From NCBI GenBank assembly GCA_002633005.1, contig NMRA01000178.1:696410-760409 (forward strand): a DNA stretch of 64,000 nucleotides, read 5' to 3'. Under the pieces are notes generated by a model. It had not been told where the DNA came from, ran no database searches, and was given only the letters and a program-made list of their open reading frames with translations. The translations under genes were made by a program, and so were the position numbers. The DNA comes from Phoronis australis (lineage: Eukaryota; Animalia; Phoronida). Of this stretch, positions 61,801-64,000 are shown piece by piece. The first letter of the stretch is position 1, and each line of letters starts with the position of its first letter.

Positions 61801-62708
61801 ATAATGCACTAGTCTGGTCACTGAGTGCTCAATGTATCTATTTTGTCTGGTAAAAGAGGTCAAAGGGCAGNGACTTGACTCATTCTTGTGCTTTTTCTAT
61901 AATGCAGGAAACAAGCTCTAAATCTAAAAACAAATACTTGAGCAAGTCTGCTAACAACCGCCAATGTAAGAAGACAACTGCTTATATAGCGTTTGGCCGT
62001 TTGGGTGAGCCCCCTATGCGGTAATACACACTTAGGCTCATAGGCCTAACCTTGACTTAAACACACTGGCGACTATAACTTAGTTTGTTTATGTCCATTA
62101 TTAAAACTTTTGATTTAAAAAGAAGTAGACAAGCGTTAAATTGAATACCTTTCAATGTGTACGAATTTGAGACGGATCAGTCAAATGAACTTTCACTAAA
62201 AAAAATTGCTACTTGCTTTTACTCGCCAACTGTTTTACATAACACGCCCATGAGTCCAATTCCAGAAATAAGTGCAGCTACATGTCCTAATCATGCGCCT
62301 ATACTGTAAGGAATGTCACGTGACCAACAATCTTTTGTAAAGAAACTTGACATACTTTTCTGCTGTATTGTTTGAGCACTAATTAAAGAGATGAAGGTTA
62401 CCGTTATCACCACGACAAAGGTGAGCTACATTTCCGCCACATTTTGTTGACATTAACTGGCAGAAACCATTCTTTAACGAGTCTCATCGAACACATGGCT
62501 TGACATTGATTTTGGCGATTAAACTGATTTGAAAAATCGATTGAAGTCATGACAAGCGATGACTTCAATCAGAGACTAATCTGTTTAAACGACAATGACA
62601 CTCGACAGTACCTGATTCTTCATCGCTGCTGCCATCTTTGTTCCACCATGGCTGTTCTTTCTTTTTAGGATTCAAGAATTTCTTGATATCCTCTTCATCA
62701 GATAAGCT
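31846..62708 (-). CDS. CEP162: Centrosomal protein of 162 kDa (QN1/KIAA1009) orthologue, 24 coding exons found; first coding exon not identified in the window
   Basis: Phase-consistent exons 5'->3': 62708-62612 (SLSDEED...PWW), 60287-59996, 59766-59652 (GFDTLDEQADKERFF), 58960-58849 (DYSKLNKKLD), 58312-58179 (YSDEFE), 57860-57695, 55932-55723, 54906-54695, 54115-53905 (VKSSGYG), 45856-45720, 44765-44603, 44010-43898 (LKQENFVLAAK), 42811-42555 (EQERLIAGYQLENERLY), 42260-42107, 41693-41544, 41140-40979 (LKWYAENQEILD), 40012-39929, 39457-39239 (KKRHPNSLPALI), 37929-37701 [duplicate 35603-35375], 37217-37023 [duplicate 34895-34701], 34166-33979, 33334-33110, 32682-32533, 32118-31846 (EMRHF...FRLELDSILSTLRELQRQGV). 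Minus-strand AATAAA at 30974-30979. Confidence 0.93.
34619..38395. repeat. About 1.5-kb direct duplication (34619-36112 and 36936-38395) flanking an assembly gap; probable uncollapsed haplotypes
   Basis: Near-identical copies with scattered SNPs and indels, each carrying the same two CEP162 exons; the second copy starts exactly at the gap edge. Confidence 0.9.
36545..36935. other. Assembly gap (391 N)
   Basis: Run of n. Confidence 1.
40165..40272. repeat. 36-bp tandem repeat, 3 perfect copies
   Basis: TGTGATCACCATGCCCACTGTTCATAATGTCACTCA x3. Confidence 0.97.
40290..40447. mobile_element. Long inverted repeat with a Penelope-like GAAACG / GAAGATG core (probable fold-back PLE remnant)
   Basis: Arms 40290-40357 and 40383-40447 are reverse-complementary; the centre reads CGTTTCGACGATGGCCGGAGAAGATGCCGACTGAAACG. 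Confidence 0.65.
42850..43030. repeat. 24-bp intronic minisatellite
   Basis: About 7 copies of AAGTTCACCAGACACAGGTATGTC. Confidence 0.92.
45045..45190. repeat. Cluster of palindromic TGCAGAAATTTCTGCA-type repeats
   Basis: Several direct and inverted copies of AAATTTCTGCAC with GGATGTGTA spacers. Confidence 0.75.
46494..53544 (+). CDS. Divergent HCN-like (hyperpolarization-activated cyclic nucleotide-gated family) channel, about 603 aa, nested in a CEP162 intron
   Basis: Four phase-consistent exons: 46494-46667, 49406-50741, 52395-52489, 53338-53544. HCN-domain-like LFKSKVALEQE, LVHPFSILR (pre-S1), DIIINFRSG (S2), VDFISSVP (S3), SRLFRY (end of S4), HWNSCFQF (S5), FKTFSHMLSIGYG (pore), SMLIGAIFYAMF (S6), YDEKIEEVKQFMTYHRLP (C-linker), MYFIEHG...HFGEMSL (CNBD). 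Confidence 0.9.
46836..47795. repeat. About 480-bp tandem duplication separated by a single N at 47317; probable contig-overlap artefact
   Basis: 46836-47316 and 47318-47795 differ by one 3-bp indel and about 3 substitutions. Confidence 0.92.
47486..48704. mobile_element. Possible non-autonomous DNA transposon with TTAA-GG type ends
   Basis: Left TTAAGGTTATGTGCGAC vs right-end reverse complement TAAGGTCACGCAAC; AT-rich interior without an ORF. The TIR match is weak. Confidence 0.3.
51805..51848. repeat. (CA)n/(CGCA)n compound microsatellite
   Basis: Directly visible. Confidence 0.95.
52605..52912. repeat. Degenerate tandem repeat (GATGTGATGTTGGACCAGTCTAT core) in HCN-like intron 3
   Basis: About 6-7 copies at roughly 35-45 bp spacing. 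Confidence 0.75.
55090..55376. mobile_element. MITE with about 60-bp imperfect TIRs
   Basis: GGTTTCTGTTTCATGAAAAGTGACTTAATTCTTAAGACAGAATTTGAGTCTTACACTCC matches the reverse complement of GGAGTGTAAGACAAAATTTCTGTCTTAAGTCTTTAAGTCACTCTTCAGGAAACAGAGCCC. Confidence 0.85.
60715..60850. repeat. Degenerate tandem repeat (CTTCATGGGTTGTTATAAC core)
   Basis: About 5 copies of ttataa(c) with gcgcttc spacers. Confidence 0.6.
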
Positions 62709-63882
62709 CTGATAAAAATACACGAACAGCAATTACTGAGATAGGATTTCAAAAATCTATGGGTTTGTCTACCTGATAATTTCTAGATGATGAATTTCAA
62801 GTTTACCAGTAGGTGACTCACCACACGATCACAATTCTGTTTGAACTTTCAAGAAATTAAATAGACAATAAAATGAAAGAGCTATTAAACTAGGTGAAAT
62901 TGATCATAAATTTGATTAATATCTGAAAACCATAAATACAATGCCTTTGCCACCATACACTTCAGGTTATGGTATACGATTCAGGATAATTTGGGTCAAC
63001 TCAAACAAGTTAAAATTTTAGCAAGTTTGTTACATATTCCTGGTGGCTACAAGTAATGACAGACGTGAGCAACCTTCTCACCAGCAAATTACATCAAAAA
63101 CTAGTTACCGATTGAAACAGGTCTCAGCTTGCTCCTAAATAGTACTCAGACTACAGGTGACTTCAGGACTAGAGAACTGACAGATCTCCACTGCTCAATA
63201 CCAACCCCATGAAGTTTTCTTGTCACAGTGACTTATTTTATTTGCCTGAAATGCACTCAACTCAGCTTAAAAAGCATTAGTTCGTTCTGGTCTGAGTTCG
63301 TTTTTTTTTTTTTTTTTAACGGCGGAAACAAGATTTTAATGTGTGCAGTTTTAGTGTGTTTGGGGGGGGGCTCAGATCCAATTTCAAGTGTCAAATTCGG
63401 AACACGGCTCAATCGTAACAAAACTATGGCTAAGTATAGGCTCTCCCGCGATATCCCAGGCGACCGGCAGTGGCGCTGCGCACTACGACTACGTTTCCGT
63501 CGTCTGCTTCACTGTGCAATGAAGAAATTACTTCATTTTTTTAAAGAAAATGGAATCTGAGTGACTATGAAAAAACAGAAGCTGCTGGTAAGATGTGAAT
63601 TTTAATCGAAGCCTCAGTGAATCACTCAGAAACTCATAATTATCTCTTTGTCAAACCTTAACTTAAGACGGTTTCCAAAGCAATCGCCTCATTAGTGCCA
63701 ACACAAAAAACGGATTTGGTCTTTTGGGCAATTGAAGACTATTTTAAATACAACAAATTTGTTACGAACTGATTGCACAAAGTATAAAAACTATAATAAG
63801 CATTACAAAAAGAAGTAGGTTTTGCGCGCAAACGCTGTGGACCATAAACAAGTAGGTCTCTTATCATCAAATTTTGAGTGAA

Positions 63883-63945
63883 GTCGTGGTGGTCTCGTGG
63901 TAAAGCACTCTCGCTTTTTCCGCCAGGACGTGAGTTCGAGTCCGT
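63883..63945 (+). mobile_element. tRNA-derived SINE head or tRNA pseudogene
   Basis: A box TGGTCTCGTGG and B box AGTTCGAGTCC, no closing acceptor stem; a T-run (possible Pol III terminator) follows at 63984-64000. Confidence 0.55.
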
Positions 63946-64000
63946 GAAAGTTGTAGGTTTTCATGTTTGACACGTTCGCCGTGTTTTTTTTTTTTTTTTT

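Overview
Animal genomic DNA, not prokaryotic: it is AT-rich, has GT-AG introns, many MITE/SINE-type repeats and assembly gaps. It looks like a heterozygous invertebrate assembly, but the species cannot be determined from the sequence. I reconstructed gene models by hand from splice sites, reading-frame phase and remembered family motifs. (1) 3' end of a VWD-C8-TIL-TILa protein gene, zonadhesin/FCGBP-like (+, 1224-8058). (2) A GT32/DXD glycosyltransferase, apparently with an intronless CDS (-, 10835-11977). (3) CEP126 (+, 17554-27850). (4) A 5'-truncated RNase H-bearing LINE copy with a target-site duplication (29961-30800). (5) CEP162 (-, 31846-62708; first coding exon not found). (6) A four-exon HCN-like channel nested on the opposite strand inside a CEP162 intron (+, 46494-53544). 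The HCN-like gene is the most striking feature: its frame and GYG pore are intact, but about four S4 gating charges, some S2/S3 counter-charges and the cAMP-binding arginine are lost. The next most interesting signals are tRNA-headed repeats that occur with fold-back structure or degenerate Penelope-type hammerhead motifs. Two near-identical duplications flanking N gaps are probably uncollapsed haplotypes. All family assignments come from recalled motifs, not database searches.
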